64,000 bases of DNA, taken from the NCBI GenBank assembly GCA_000634515.1, contig JFNU01000169.1, positions 12,395-76,394 of the forward strand, read 5' to 3'. The notes under the pieces are model-generated. The model saw only the letters and a program-made list of their open reading frames with translations. It had not been told where the DNA came from and did no database searches. The translations under genes were made by a program, and so were the position numbers. This DNA is from Prochlorococcus sp. scB245a_520K10 (GTDB lineage: Bacteria; Cyanobacteriota; Cyanobacteriia; PCC-6307; Cyanobiaceae). Below, in pieces: positions 8,471-18,130 of this stretch (positions are counted from its first letter, which is position 1; each line of letters opens with the position of its first letter).

Positions 8471-8638
8471 ATGAAAAAAGACATTCATTCAAATACTAAA
8501 GATTCCGACGCTTTGGAAAATTTTTTTGAATGCATAACTTCTTGTAGTATCAATAGTGAAGGAGTGGATTGCACTACAGCTTGTTATGTAAAACATCTTG
8601 AACCAAAAAATATTGATTACCCTTTAAAATTTTCATAA
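8471..8638 (+). CDS. Small four-Cys protein (CxxxC...CxxxC), 55 aa
   Basis: MKKDIHS...FFECITSCSINSEGVDCTTACYVKHL; GGAGG RBS and TTGACA-N18-TAGATA promoter. Confidence 0.7.
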   Translation: MKKDIHSNTKDSDALENFFECITSCSINSEGVDCTTACYVKHLEPKNIDYPLKFS

Positions 8639-8671
8639 ACAAAGCTAATAGATTATTGTTAGATTGTTTTG

Positions 8672-8785
8672 ATGATATTTCCACCTCCTCAAGTTGTTTT
8701 TGGCCTATTGCTTTTATCTATAGCAGTAGTTCTCATCTGGGATATTAGATACAACCCTTTTGGAGAAGACGAAGACGGAATTTAA
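8672..8785 (+). CDS. 37-aa single-TM peptide
   Basis: MIFPPPQVVFGLLLLSIAVVLIWDIRYNPFGEDEDGI. Confidence 0.45.
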   Translation: MIFPPPQVVFGLLLLSIAVVLIWDIRYNPFGEDEDGI

Positions 8786-9284
8786 TCTTCAACTTGGAAG
8801 CTGATTTGTAGGTGGGGCGTGAAATCTCCTTTTCTTTCTCTTGATTCTTTTATAAGCAAATAAAAATCCCAAAACTAATAATGGAATGGCTATTGAGTTA
8901 ATCATATCAAGAACTTTTATATATATAAAAACAAATATGCCCTAAATATCAATGATCTAAAAATATTTTTTTAAAATTAACTTATTATGGACTAACTTTT
9001 AATATCTAGCTTTTACATTAGGTACCCAATACTACCTAGGTAGAGTGCTTATTTACCAAAAGTAATTGCTATGCAATAAGAAAAATCACTTTTTCTTATT
9101 TCTCATTTGATACTGCAGAATAGCTTTTAAGTGTTTTACTTCTTTTTCTAAAGTCTCTATTCTTTTTTCTAGTTCTTCATTAGTTTTCATATTTTGTGAG
9201 ATAAATTCCTTGATATTTATACTATTAAAAAAGTAGTTTGTTACCTATGGCAAATTACAAATAAGTATTAGAGCCTATTGATGA

Positions 9285-9310
9285 GCATAATTTATCTAGA
9301 TAAATTATGC
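9285..9310. promoter_or_regulatory. Perfect 26-bp palindrome, candidate operator
   Basis: GCATAATTTATCT/AGATAAATTATGC just upstream of TATAAA (9315) and ATG 9334. Confidence 0.5.
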
Positions 9311-9333
9311 AGAGTATAAATTTGGGGGAATTT

Positions 9334-9477
9334 ATGAGTGGAGATTATGAGACACTAGAAATCAATCAACCAAATATCACATATTTTCAGAAAAGACCCG
9401 AAAATAATACCGAGTGGTTAGATGAATTAATCAACCAAATTGAAGATATGAAAAACAATATATCCAAATCTGCTTAA
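9334..9477 (+). CDS. Small hypothetical protein, 47 aa
   Basis: MSGDYETLEINQP...; GGGGGA RBS; TAATG overlap with next ORF. Confidence 0.55.
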   Translation: MSGDYETLEINQPNITYFQKRPENNTEWLDELINQIEDMKNNISKSA

Positions 9478-9593
9478 TGACAGAAAAAAAGTTGAAGGAA
9501 CTAGAGAAATTTATAGAAGAAAATGGATATAATGACGAGCTAAAAGATACATATTTAAGGGAAGTTATAGACAGAAATAAAGAATACGAATGA
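9477..9593 (+). CDS. Small hypothetical protein, 38 aa
   Basis: MTEKKLKELEKFIEENGY...; ATGA overlap with ORF 9590. Confidence 0.5.
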   Translation: MTEKKLKELEKFIEENGYNDELKDTYLREVIDRNKEYE

Positions 9594-9820
9594 GATCAAA
9601 TTTTCGACCAAACATTCGACTAGCTACAAACATTCTTTTAGTTATTGGTACTTTTGCTATTGCTTTAAAGATTGCTCCGATAGCAGAGGTATATCAGGAA
9701 AAAAATCTATGTATTAAATATTTAAAACATCAAATAGATAGGGACAAACTTATCATAAGATTAAAAATAATTAAACAAGCAAATCCATCAAGTATTTGTG
9801 ACTCTATCCTTAAAATTTAA
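9590..9820 (+). CDS. Small membrane-anchored hypothetical protein
   Basis: 76-aa ORF, TM segment and two Cys. Confidence 0.65.
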   Translation: MRSNFRPNIRLATNILLVIGTFAIALKIAPIAEVYQEKNLCIKYLKHQIDRDKLIIRLKIIKQANPSSICDSILKI

Positions 9821-9822
9821 AA

Positions 9823-10275
9823 ATGAAGATTAAGTCATTTACTCCCTTAATTGCAGTCTTTGGTACTTCATTTCTTATAACTATTACTTTGATTAAAAAT
9901 TTCCAAGTTTTTATGGGCATATCCATTTGTCTTTTAGCGATGCTAAAGCTTATGGATATTGAGGCTTTTGGGAAAAGTTTTGAGAAATATGATTTAATAT
10001 CTTCTCGATTGAATAGCTGGGTATATATCTATCCTTTTTGCGAATTATTAATTGGTATAAGTTTTCTAATTTCTTCTCCACCCTCTTTAATTATTTTTAT
10101 TGCTTTAATTTTAGGAATTACTGGAATGGGTTCAGTATTTAAAGCTGTTTATTTGGATAAATTAAAATTAAATTGTGCATGCATCGGTGGATATGCAAAA
10201 ACTCCATTAGGAATTATTAGTTTTACTGAAAATCTTTTAATGTCAATTATGAGTGTATTGATTCTTACTAAATAG
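9823..10275 (+). CDS. MauE/DoxX-family redox-associated membrane protein
   Basis: YPFCELLIG, LNCACIGG, PLGIISFTEN motifs. Confidence 0.8.
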   Translation: MKIKSFTPLIAVFGTSFLITITLIKNFQVFMGISICLLAMLKLMDIEAFGKSFEKYDLISSRLNSWVYIYPFCELLIGISFLISSPPSLIIFIALILGITGMGSVFKAVYLDKLKLNCACIGGYAKTPLGIISFTENLLMSIMSVLILTK

Positions 10276-10337
10276 CAATTTTTTAAATTTTCAATTATCT
10301 TAGATTTAATTATTTAAAAATAATAGAAATAAATAGC

Positions 10338-10856
10338 ATGGCATCTAAGAAAATATTTACTAAAAAGAACTTCTTAAATTCTCTAATTTTTTCTGGAATT
10401 ATTTTTGCAAATACAATTAACGCTCATAAGAGTGGTGCAGTAACTCAAGAAAATATAAATATCCCAAAAGTTATTTCTTTCAGATCAGCATCATGTGGTT
10501 GTTGTAAAAAATGGATCAATCATTTAAGAGATAATGGATTAGAAGTAGTTGATAACATAGTTGAAGATGTATCAGCAATAAAAAACCAATATCAAATCCC
10601 CAATAATCTGAGATCATGTCATTCTGCACAAATTGCTAACTATACGATTGAAGGACATGTTCCTATTCAATCAATTAATAAACTTTTTAGAGAAAAACCA
10701 ATTATCAAAGGTATAGCTGTTCCTGGTATGCCAATTGGATCTCCTGGCATGGAAATGCATTCACATGAATCGCATTCTCATGATTATGAGAACTATAAAA
10801 TAGTTTCATTTAGTAAAACTGGCAAAACAAAAATATTTGATGAAATCTCTCCTTAA
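10338..10856 (+). CDS. DUF411 periplasmic metal-binding protein (CopG-like)
   Basis: SCGCCKKW, SCHSA, IEGHVP, AVPGMPIGSPGME, His-rich tail. Confidence 0.85.
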   Translation: MASKKIFTKKNFLNSLIFSGIIFANTINAHKSGAVTQENINIPKVISFRSASCGCCKKWINHLRDNGLEVVDNIVEDVSAIKNQYQIPNNLRSCHSAQIANYTIEGHVPIQSINKLFREKPIIKGIAVPGMPIGSPGMEMHSHESHSHDYENYKIVSFSKTGKTKIFDEISP

Positions 10857-10874
10857 TGCAAATACTAAATTTAT

Positions 10875-11099
10875 ATGATGCATATTATTCTTAGAAATTT
10901 AAAATTTTTTATTTTTTTGTTATTCTTATCTCTAAATTTCAATAGTTATTTATATGCACATATGAGAGGTACATTTCTTTCTGAGGAGGACGCTGAAAAT
11001 AGATCTTTAGAACTTGGTTGCGAAGGAATACATAAGAACCAAGATAAATGGATGCCATGCAAAAATGAAAAAGAATTACATATCTATTTGAGGAAATAG
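10875..11099 (+). CDS. DUF3721-like small secreted protein
   Basis: LGCEGIHKNQDKWMPCKNE motif. Confidence 0.7.
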   Translation: MMHIILRNLKFFIFLLFLSLNFNSYLYAHMRGTFLSEEDAENRSLELGCEGIHKNQDKWMPCKNEKELHIYLRK

Positions 11100-11360
11100 A
11101 TGGAAAAATTAAAAACTAATAAAAGAAAAATTCACAGAAAAATAACTGCAATTTCAGCAATCCCTTTACTAATAACCATTCTATCTGGAACTATTTATAG
11201 TATTCTTCAACCATTAGGAGTAGATGCTTTTTGGTTAATCAAATGGCATACAGGAAATTTTGGCATTATAGATTTTCAACCTTTTTACTCGATATTTCTT
11301 GGCATAGCATCAATAATCTCTGTAATATCTGGCATAAGACTACTACAAAAAAAAGCTTAG
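11100..11360 (+). CDS. PepSY-associated TM domain protein
   Basis: RKIHRKI..ISAIPLLIT..SG and WHTGNFG motifs. Confidence 0.7.
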   Translation: MEKLKTNKRKIHRKITAISAIPLLITILSGTIYSILQPLGVDAFWLIKWHTGNFGIIDFQPFYSIFLGIASIISVISGIRLLQKKA

Positions 11361-11389
11361 ATATATTGTAAGCTAGGCCAAAAATCCAA

Positions 11390-11590
11390 TTAATTAATAA
11401 TATTTGCTCCGCCACTAACTAAGAAAATTATCGCTCCTAATGCCATTGTTGCTACACCCATATAAGGGTATTTCTTAATTCTTGATTTGGTAATTGGAAG
11501 CCATGAAAGGTATCTATCAGATTTATTTAATACAAACTTTTTTTGTCTATGCGGCAATCCTAATTCCGCTCTTCTTTTGGCTTCGCCCAT
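11390..11590 (-). CDS. DUF2839-like protein
   Basis: MGEAKRR N-terminus and C-terminal TM helix. Confidence 0.75.
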   Translation of the reverse strand: MGEAKRRAELGLPHRQKKFVLNKSDRYLSWLPITKSRIKKYPYMGVATMALGAIIFLVSGGANIIN

Positions 11591-11695
11591 AATCATTAAT
11601 TTTTAAATATTAATCCTAAAAAATATGTTCTAAACCTGCGAGTTAATTTTTTTAAAAAAATATTCCTTAATTTAGAAGGATAAATTATTTAAAAC

Positions 11696-11842
11696 TTATT
11701 TAGCCTTCTTTAGATATAGATTCTTTGTATTTGCCTGATCCGAAGTAAATAACAAAATTAATATCGTTCCAATTAAAAATGAAAAAATCATTGTTAAACC
11801 AACAACTTCAACCATTTCACTTGGCAGATAATTTAGAAACAT
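11696..11842 (-). CDS. 48-aa single-TM protein
   Basis: MFLNYLPSEMVEVVGLTMIFSFLIGTILILLFTSDQ... Confidence 0.5.
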   Translation of the reverse strand: MFLNYLPSEMVEVVGLTMIFSFLIGTILILLFTSDQANTKNLYLKKAK

Positions 11843-11994
11843 AATGAATAGAACTCTTATTTTAAACTTAGCAATTGTATTTTTTATGTAAAGTAACTTT
11901 GCTCCTTAAATTTCTAAAAGCACTAGGTGAAACTTCATAATCTTTATTTATTTCTTTTTCACGATAAATGTTGTCTTGTTCTATCACAATTTTC

Positions 11995-12327
11995 TTACTT
12001 AGCTATCCCTATTTTCTTAAGCAATTTCAAGTAAGGTAAGGCCCAATTACCAAAGGTAAAAGAGATCGTTGTATTTTTTGTAGTTGGGGATAATGTTTTT
12101 GAACGTAAAGAAGCTAATTTTGAAAATTGTCTAATAGTTTCTGCTTCTAGATTATCCATATACAATTTTTTTTGAACGCTTCGGTCTTTCTTCTGTGGTA
12201 AATAATTTTCTATAAACCATAAGAATTGATCTAAATTTGATTTATTTGGTGATTTTTTAAATTGTTTATTTTTCTTTTCAAACATCATTATTTTTCTTTT
12301 AATTCCTAAATTAAATTTGCCACTCAT
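11995..12327 (-). CDS. Hypothetical protein
   Basis: 110-aa ORF; true start may be the internal Met at about 12288. Confidence 0.5.
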   Translation of the reverse strand: MSGKFNLGIKRKIMMFEKKNKQFKKSPNKSNLDQFLWFIENYLPQKKDRSVQKKLYMDNLEAETIRQFSKLASLRSKTLSPTTKNTTISFTFGNWALPYLKLLKKIGIAK

Positions 12328-12424
12328 ATACTTAAACGCAATAGTTAAAGAATCAAAATTATGTTCTTTTAATAATCGATAATCGGAAATATAAATTAAC
12401 AGTTAAGTTGTGTTTATAAAAAGG

Positions 12425-12453
12425 AAAAAAGAGAGGGTTTAATCCCTCTCTTT
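12425..12453 (-). terminator. Rho-independent terminator
   Basis: GAGAGGG-N6-CCCTCTC plus T-run, downstream of ORF 12477-12647. Confidence 0.75.
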
Positions 12454-12476
12454 ATTAATCAGTTGCAAATGAGAAT

Positions 12477-12647
12477 TTAATTTTTTGAATTCTGTAATTC
12501 AATTTCTTTTTGTGTTTTTCTGATTCTTTCTTCGAAGACTGATCTCTTGTATGGAGTTACTTCTCCATTTTTAGTTGCTAAAAGTTGAGCTTGATAAAGC
12601 CTATTAGCTCTGATTTTTTTTTCTCTTATTTTTAAGAGGTTATTCAT
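12477..12647 (-). CDS. Riboswitch-controlled basic 56-aa peptide
   Basis: MNNLLKIREKKIRANRLYQAQLLATKNGEVTPYKRSVFEERIRKTQKEIELQNSKN; lies between riboswitch and terminator. Confidence 0.75.
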   Translation of the reverse strand: MNNLLKIREKKIRANRLYQAQLLATKNGEVTPYKRSVFEERIRKTQKEIELQNSKN

Positions 12648-12662
12648 GGTCTTTTGCAGTTA

Positions 12663-12724
12663 ATGAGAATCCCGTTCCCTATTCCCATGTCATGCGTCCA
12701 GATATATAAACTTGGATGAACGTT
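12663..12724 (-). promoter_or_regulatory. Glutamine-II (Downstream-peptide/Yfr6-type) riboswitch
   Basis: CGUUCAUCC...GGACGCA...AUGGGAAU AGGGAACGGG AUUCUCAU: P1 CGUUC/GAACG, pseudoknot AUGGGAAU/AUUCUCAU; TATTAT -10 upstream. Confidence 0.8.
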
Positions 12725-12933
12725 ATTGAATAATAATACCTCCAAAAAATTTATGCGAGAATAATTTTAACTAATTTTTTTCTAAACAATAAATAGCCTT
12801 TTTATGCAAAAAAATAATCTCTTTAATTTGAGTTATTACGTAGAAAAAAATTTAAAGCTTAATTATCAAAAATTATGATTTTCATGATAATTCTGGAGGC
12901 CTCGTCTTTCAAGAAAATTTTTTAGTAAGTAGA

Positions 12934-13209
12934 TTAGAATATAAAAATTGTCTCAGATCCATCATTATTATTCTGAATCGATATTTTTTTATTTGGAAAC
13001 ATTTCTGATAAAATTCTTTTCAAATTAGCATTTTCCGAAGTAATTATATTATTGTTAATTTTTGAATTAATTTTCCAATTTTCATCTACAAATAGTTCTT
13101 TATCATTATTATTTTTAGCTTCTATAGAGGTCTTATTTAGAATCTTAAGTAATAATTCCGAATTATAATCTCTTACATTTTCATTCTTATCTTTGAAATT
13201 TTTAATCAT
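12934..13209 (-). CDS. Hypothetical protein
   Basis: 91-aa ORF. Confidence 0.55.
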   Translation of the reverse strand: MIKNFKDKNENVRDYNSELLLKILNKTSIEAKNNNDKELFVDENWKINSKINNNIITSENANLKRILSEMFPNKKISIQNNNDGSETIFIF

Positions 13210-13576
13210 TATTGGGAAACTTTATATTTCTAAATCTTGCTTTAAAATTTTCGAGAATACAAGGTATTAATTACCTAAAAAATTTCAGAATAAAAAAATC
13301 TAAGACACAAATAATTTTCTTTTCTTTATAAAATTTATTATTAAAAATTGCTCAAGCATTTTATAAATAAAGTTAAGTTAAACATTTACTCCTTATTATT
13401 AACTTGTTAAGTTACAAGAAAGAGAAAGTAAAACAATGACAAGAGTTATTAACAAAAAAATAAGATTTTTAAGATGGTTGAACTCAGGCATGATATTACC
13501 ATTTTTTTTTATGGCTGCAACTTCCTCTATTATTCTTTATGGATTTTTATTCATTCTAATAAAATAGTCTTTTAAT

Positions 13577-13711
13577 TTATGCAGCTAAGTTTTCCTCTGA
13601 TTTTGCCATAATCATTGCAGCTTTTTTTAGTAAACTAACTACTTCTTTTCTTCCAACCGCTTTATCAGCTTGATGCATTATTTCAGCATATTTTTTATTT
13701 TTTTTCTGCAT
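13577..13711 (-). CDS. 44-aa hypothetical protein
   Basis: MQKKNKKYAEIMHQADKAVGRKEVVSLLKKAAMIMAKSEENLAA. Confidence 0.6.
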   Translation of the reverse strand: MQKKNKKYAEIMHQADKAVGRKEVVSLLKKAAMIMAKSEENLAA

Positions 13712-13920
13712 AAAGAATTTTAAGTTAACCCAAAATTACAACATCTTAAGACGGCGTCAATCGTAAAAAATTCTCACATATCAACTTCTTGATCATTGAA
13801 TTTTGCACTTTTTTTCTAAATTTCATAATACTTTGAAAATATTATTAATTGATTATTCCAAAGCTGATAAAACAATCCAATTCCATCAAAAATATTTTTA
13901 AAAATTTTAAATCCATTTAG

Positions 13921-14136
13921 TTAGATAATTCCAAAAGATTTAAACACATAAAATAAGCCTCCTACTAAGATCACTATTGCAGCTCCATAAAAAAGAAAAG
14001 GGATAATTGGATATTTATATAAAGTGTTCCTAACTTTTTGTTGTATCGCTTTTTTATCTAGTTGAGGTAGCTTTATATCTTCAGTTTTATCTCTAGGCGG
14101 AATTCCTAGATCTTTTCTTCTCTTTGCTTCTCCCAT
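13921..14136 (-). CDS. DUF2839-family protein
   Basis: MGEAKRRKDLGIPPR; start reassigned to 14136. Confidence 0.75.
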   Translation of the reverse strand: MGEAKRRKDLGIPPRDKTEDIKLPQLDKKAIQQKVRNTLYKYPIIPFLFYGAAIVILVGGLFYVFKSFGII

Positions 14137-14138
14137 AA

Positions 14139-14375
14139 TTAATAATGTGGTATACCCATACATTTTAGATAATTTTTATCAGCTAAATCTAAATTAAGAT
14201 CCCATTCTTTTGGAGATATTCCCGAAAAATTTTTAAAATCTTTTTCAAATTTAAACATACATCTTTTTTCTATATTTTCTGGAGAATTATAATTTTTTAA
14301 AAAAGTGACACTCAAATAAGATAATGATGAAAAAACTATAATTAGCGAAGGTATCCTAAATCGATTCATATTCAT
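14139..14375 (-). CDS. Membrane-anchored hypothetical protein
   Basis: 78-aa ORF, TM helix and two Cys, 2 bp upstream of the DUF2839 gene. Confidence 0.6.
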   Translation of the reverse strand: MNMNRFRIPSLIIVFSSLSYLSVTFLKNYNSPENIEKRCMFKFEKDFKNFSGISPKEWDLNLDLADKNYLKCMGIPHY

Positions 14376-15156
14376 AAAAATTCTTCCATAGTTAAGAAAT
14401 CAACTATGTGGCTTTTGATACATTTACTATTTTATTGAAGAAAATTTTGAATAATTTCCCCTAGAGCCTTTTGAATGCAAATAAGTTTTTGTGGCTCATC
14501 CTTAATAAAGCACTTGGAAAGTATCTTAATATCAAATTAAGTATGCCTTATATATAGGGCTTTACTATTGAATTTATTTGCCAATTCATAAAAATAACTT
14601 TCAATCTTAAAAGGAATTACAGCAGTTATTTTTCTAGACACAAAGAATAATAAATTATTTTCATTTTAGATGGAAAATAAAATATTCTCAATTATAAGTG
14701 TCATTTAATTTTGAAAAATAACTTCAGATACAAAATATCATCCCAATATTTTATTAAAAAGTTTAAATGGGCCTTTAAAGGCAACATATTATATTAAAAA
14801 TATAAAAAAAGAAAAATTAGATATTAGTAAATAATTTATTAATTAATTAAAAGGTGAAGTGTTATTTGTAGGGGCTATAAATAGGATTTCAAAACTATCC
14901 CAGTTAAAGCAATTGGCAATACCCAAATACCAATAAATCTGTGATCAAAAAATCTTAAATTGATATAAATAAATCATTATCATGTATAAAATGTTTTAAA
15001 ATTCCTACTTAATCAGAAGTTCTTAGTTAATAAAGAAATATCAATAACAAAAAATCTATATCTTTATTAAAAACTTTAATAGATAATAGAAAATATTAAA
15101 TAAATTTCTCTTTATGTGGCTTTATAATCCTTTAATAACTTTTCTACGATTTTCAA

Positions 15157-15354
15157 ATGATAAATTCTATTAATTTAGACCATTTGCCTATTAAGGATTT
15201 GGTTGTATCAGCGCTAATAGTTTTTATAATGTCCACAAATATTGCCAACATTTATAACCCATTATTAGGACTAATCTATGCATTTGGAAATATACTCACT
15301 CTTACTTTTTTAAGTTGGTTATACCAAGAAACTTGGAGTGATCCAGGTAAATAA
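15157..15354 (+). CDS. Two-TM small protein
   Basis: 65-aa hydrophobic ORF. Confidence 0.5.
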   Translation: MINSINLDHLPIKDLVVSALIVFIMSTNIANIYNPLLGLIYAFGNILTLTFLSWLYQETWSDPGK

Positions 15355-15619
15355 ATTGATTAAAAAAGATGATTAATATAATTAAGCCTATTTTTGCGGT
15401 TTTAAATTTGAGGCATATTTAAGATTTACAATATATGTTGCAACAAGAGAAAGTATCAAAAAAAATAATAAGCTTTCCAATGTAGATTGAGGCATAACCA
15501 TAATTAATAGCAAAAATAATCTATTTCTAGAGAAACGAATTCTGAAGAAAAATCAACCCTTTAATTATTTTTTATTTTCAAATTAATAAAATTAATTAGT
15601 ATCGATATTTAATTTGTTC

Positions 15620-15976
15620 TTAATTTGATGAATATTTTTCTGCCCTTCTTAAGGCCTTCATTGCACCTTTATAGTCAAGAATTTTTAATTTTTCCTTACT
15701 TTTATTTTTCAACATACTTACTATTTTATTTCTCTTTATTTCGTCAATTTTAAGTTTATGGTCGAATATAAGATCGAATTTTGAGGAATACAATCTAGAT
15801 AGTTCTTCTCTAAACTTCTCTATAATTTTTTCATCACAGGATTTAGATTTCAAGATTGAATTTGCCTTAATTTTATCCTCCATAGCCCCTTTAAAATCTC
15901 CCCGCTTAAATTTATCCTCACTTGATCTTGTAAGTTCTATGATATTTTTCAATATTAATGCACTAGCAGCTTTCAT
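15620..15976 (-). CDS. TPR-like helical protein
   Basis: Internal repeat GDFKGAMED / LDYKGAMKA. Confidence 0.6.
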   Translation of the reverse strand: MKAASALILKNIIELTRSSEDKFKRGDFKGAMEDKIKANSILKSKSCDEKIIEKFREELSRLYSSKFDLIFDHKLKIDEIKRNKIVSMLKNKSKEKLKILDYKGAMKALRRAEKYSSN

Positions 15977-16059
15977 TTTATTAATTTGATCTTAAATTAA
16001 TCCTATCAGCATATATTAAAAACAACTCTTCTTTGATTCACAAATAATTGAATAATTAA

Positions 16060-16359
16060 TTAACCAATAACAAGTCCTTTTTCAAGAAGCAAATCAAAAA
16101 CCTCCACACTTTTTGTTTTACCTGATTTTGCTGACTTGTGTAAATCTAATATTTCCGCAAGACACATTATCCAATATGTATTTTTTTTTAAATTAAGTCT
16201 TTCACAAATATGATCGGGAGCAGATTTAAAATATCCAAATTCTGTAGATATATTAATGTTCATGATTTGAGTTTCTAGTTCGAGGCTTAAGAGCTTTATT
16301 TCTTGTTCAGAAAGGTCTATACCAAAAGAGTACGATTCAATTAAAAGTTGATAATTCAT
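16060..16359 (-). CDS. Hypothetical protein
   Basis: 99-aa ORF co-oriented with neighbours. Confidence 0.65.
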   Translation of the reverse strand: MNYQLLIESYSFGIDLSEQEIKLLSLELETQIMNINISTEFGYFKSAPDHICERLNLKKNTYWIMCLAEILDLHKSAKSGKTKSVEVFDLLLEKGLVIG

Positions 16360-16371
16360 AAAATTTTTTTT

Positions 16372-16653
16372 TCAAGAAATCCAACGAGTTATTTTTGTGC
16401 CCTCATAAATATGCCCTGAAGCCTCAACAATAGGTTTTGTTTCAGGATTCATAAAAATATCATATAAAGTATTTTCTGGTCCTTGAAAAATTACAGTTGC
16501 TCTTTGAGAGTCATCTAATGATTTACCAATATAAAAAGTTTTAACACCCATTTCTTTAAACATTGTCTGCTGTTCTTTTGCATTCATATATGCTTCATAC
16601 TGTTCATAAGTATTACTTATCTTAAATTCTAGAATAGTTGTTTCAATAGTCAT
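16372..16653 (-). CDS. DUF3764-family protein
   Basis: IETTILEFKISNTY...RATVIFQGPE...VEASGHIYE. Confidence 0.75.
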   Translation of the reverse strand: MTIETTILEFKISNTYEQYEAYMNAKEQQTMFKEMGVKTFYIGKSLDDSQRATVIFQGPENTLYDIFMNPETKPIVEASGHIYEGTKITRWIS

Positions 16654-16786
16654 AAGAATAATAAAAGTTTTTTAATTCTAAATCTTTCTAAAAAATTAAT
16701 CTTAAAAAATTAGTTTTTATTAAGCAAAGCATTAACTAATTTTTATTTATGGGTTATAAATCAACTATAAAAAAACGATTTTAATT

Positions 16787-18130
16787 TTGGACTCAAAAAT
16801 TTCTCAAAGAGAACAATGGACTAGTAAGCTAGGATTTATTCTCGCAGCTGCTGGTAGTGCAGTAGGTCTTGGCAATCTTTGGGGTTTTGCTTACAGAGCC
16901 TCTCAAGGTGGAGGTGCTGCTTTTGTACTTTTATATATATTGATAGTTTTAATTGTATGTCTTCCAGTATTTGTTGCTGAAATGGCATTAGGTAGAAACG
17001 CAATGGCAAGTACATTACTTGCACCTGTAAAGCTGGCTGGGAAGAATTGGTATCCATTAGGAATTCTTTTTTTTATAGCTCCTCTGGGAATAGCATCATA
17101 TTATTCAGTGATAATGGGATGGACAGCCGATACCTTGTTCCATTCTTTATTTTTTGGATTACCTAAAAATTTAACTGAAGCAGAAACCTTCTTTGGCTCG
17201 ATTAGCAGTGGTAGCAGTGTTTTGTTGGGGCACCTGTTAAGTCTTGTACTTACAGCAATAATAGTCTCATCAGGTATAAAAAAAGGAATCGAAAAGGTAA
17301 CACGATTCTTTATGCCTATACTTTTTATAATTCTTCTATTTCTAGCAATATGGGCCACTTCACTTTCAAGTGCATGGGAAGGGTATAAGACATTTTTGTT
17401 TAAGTTTGACTTTGATGAATTAAGGAACCCTCAAACAATAAGAAATGCTTTTACACAAGCTTTCTTTTCTTTAAGTTTAGGAATTGGAGTTATGGTGACT
17501 TACGCTTCCTATTTAAATAAAAAGAGTAATCTTCCAAAACTAAGTGTTGGAGTCGCATCATTAGATACTTTGGTGGGTCTTATGGCAGGACTTATTACTT
17601 TTCCGATTGTTTTAACATTTGGTTTAAGTGACGCTATTTCTGAATCAACCGTTGGGGCATTATTCATATCAATTCCTACGGGCTTAGGTTCATATGGAGC
17701 GGTTGGGAGAATTGTAGCTGTTGCATTTTTTGCATTAGCTTATATTGCAGCTATAACTTCATCTGTTTCATTATTAGAGGTTCCAGTTTCCTCTTTAATG
17801 GATAAATTTGGCTTTAAAAGAGAAAAATCAGTTTGGTTGATAACTCTATTCCTGTTCTTAGCAGGCATTCCTTCTGCATTAAATTTAAATATTCTTGGAA
17901 CTATTGATTCCATTTTTGGAGGAGTATTACTAATCTTTGGTGGATTCTTGGTTACTTTCTTTATGGGATGGGTAGTCCCTGGAAAGTTTAATGAAGAACT
18001 TAATTTTTCTAAAGTTGGAGCCAAAACAACAGGTTATTTGAAATTCATGACAAGATGGGTAGCGCCTCCAATTATTGGTTTCGGACTATTTATTAGTGTG
18101 TTTGATTTGCTGAAAGGCTGGGTAAGTTAG
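16787..18130 (+). CDS. Sodium-dependent transporter, NSS (SNF) family
   Basis: REQW, GSAVGLGNLWGF, QAFFSLSLG motifs; many TM helices. Confidence 0.92.
   Translation: MDSKISQREQWTSKLGFILAAAGSAVGLGNLWGFAYRASQGGGAAFVLLYILIVLIVCLPVFVAEMALGRNAMASTLLAPVKLAGKNWYPLGILFFIAPLGIASYYSVIMGWTADTLFHSLFFGLPKNLTEAETFFGSISSGSSVLLGHLLSLVLTAIIVSSGIKKGIEKVTRFFMPILFIILLFLAIWATSLSSAWEGYKTFLFKFDFDELRNPQTIRNAFTQAFFSLSLGIGVMVTYASYLNKKSNLPKLSVGVASLDTLVGLMAGLITFPIVLTFGLSDAISESTVGALFISIPTGLGSYGAVGRIVAVAFFALAYIAAITSSVSLLEVPVSSLMDKFGFKREKSVWLITLFLFLAGIPSALNLNILGTIDSIFGGVLLIFGGFLVTFFMGWVVPGKFNEELNFSKVGAKTTGYLKFMTRWVAPPIIGFGLFISVFDLLKGWVS

Noticed and set aside
9280-9315. Xer dif site (GATGAGCATAA resembles a XerC arm)
   Set aside because: No XerD-like arm at the required 6-bp spacing.
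8018-13278. Scattered AGGTA...TACCT dyads (8018, 8398, 13262)
   Set aside because: Spacer lengths differ and the DNA is very AT-rich; cannot be distinguished from chance by eye.
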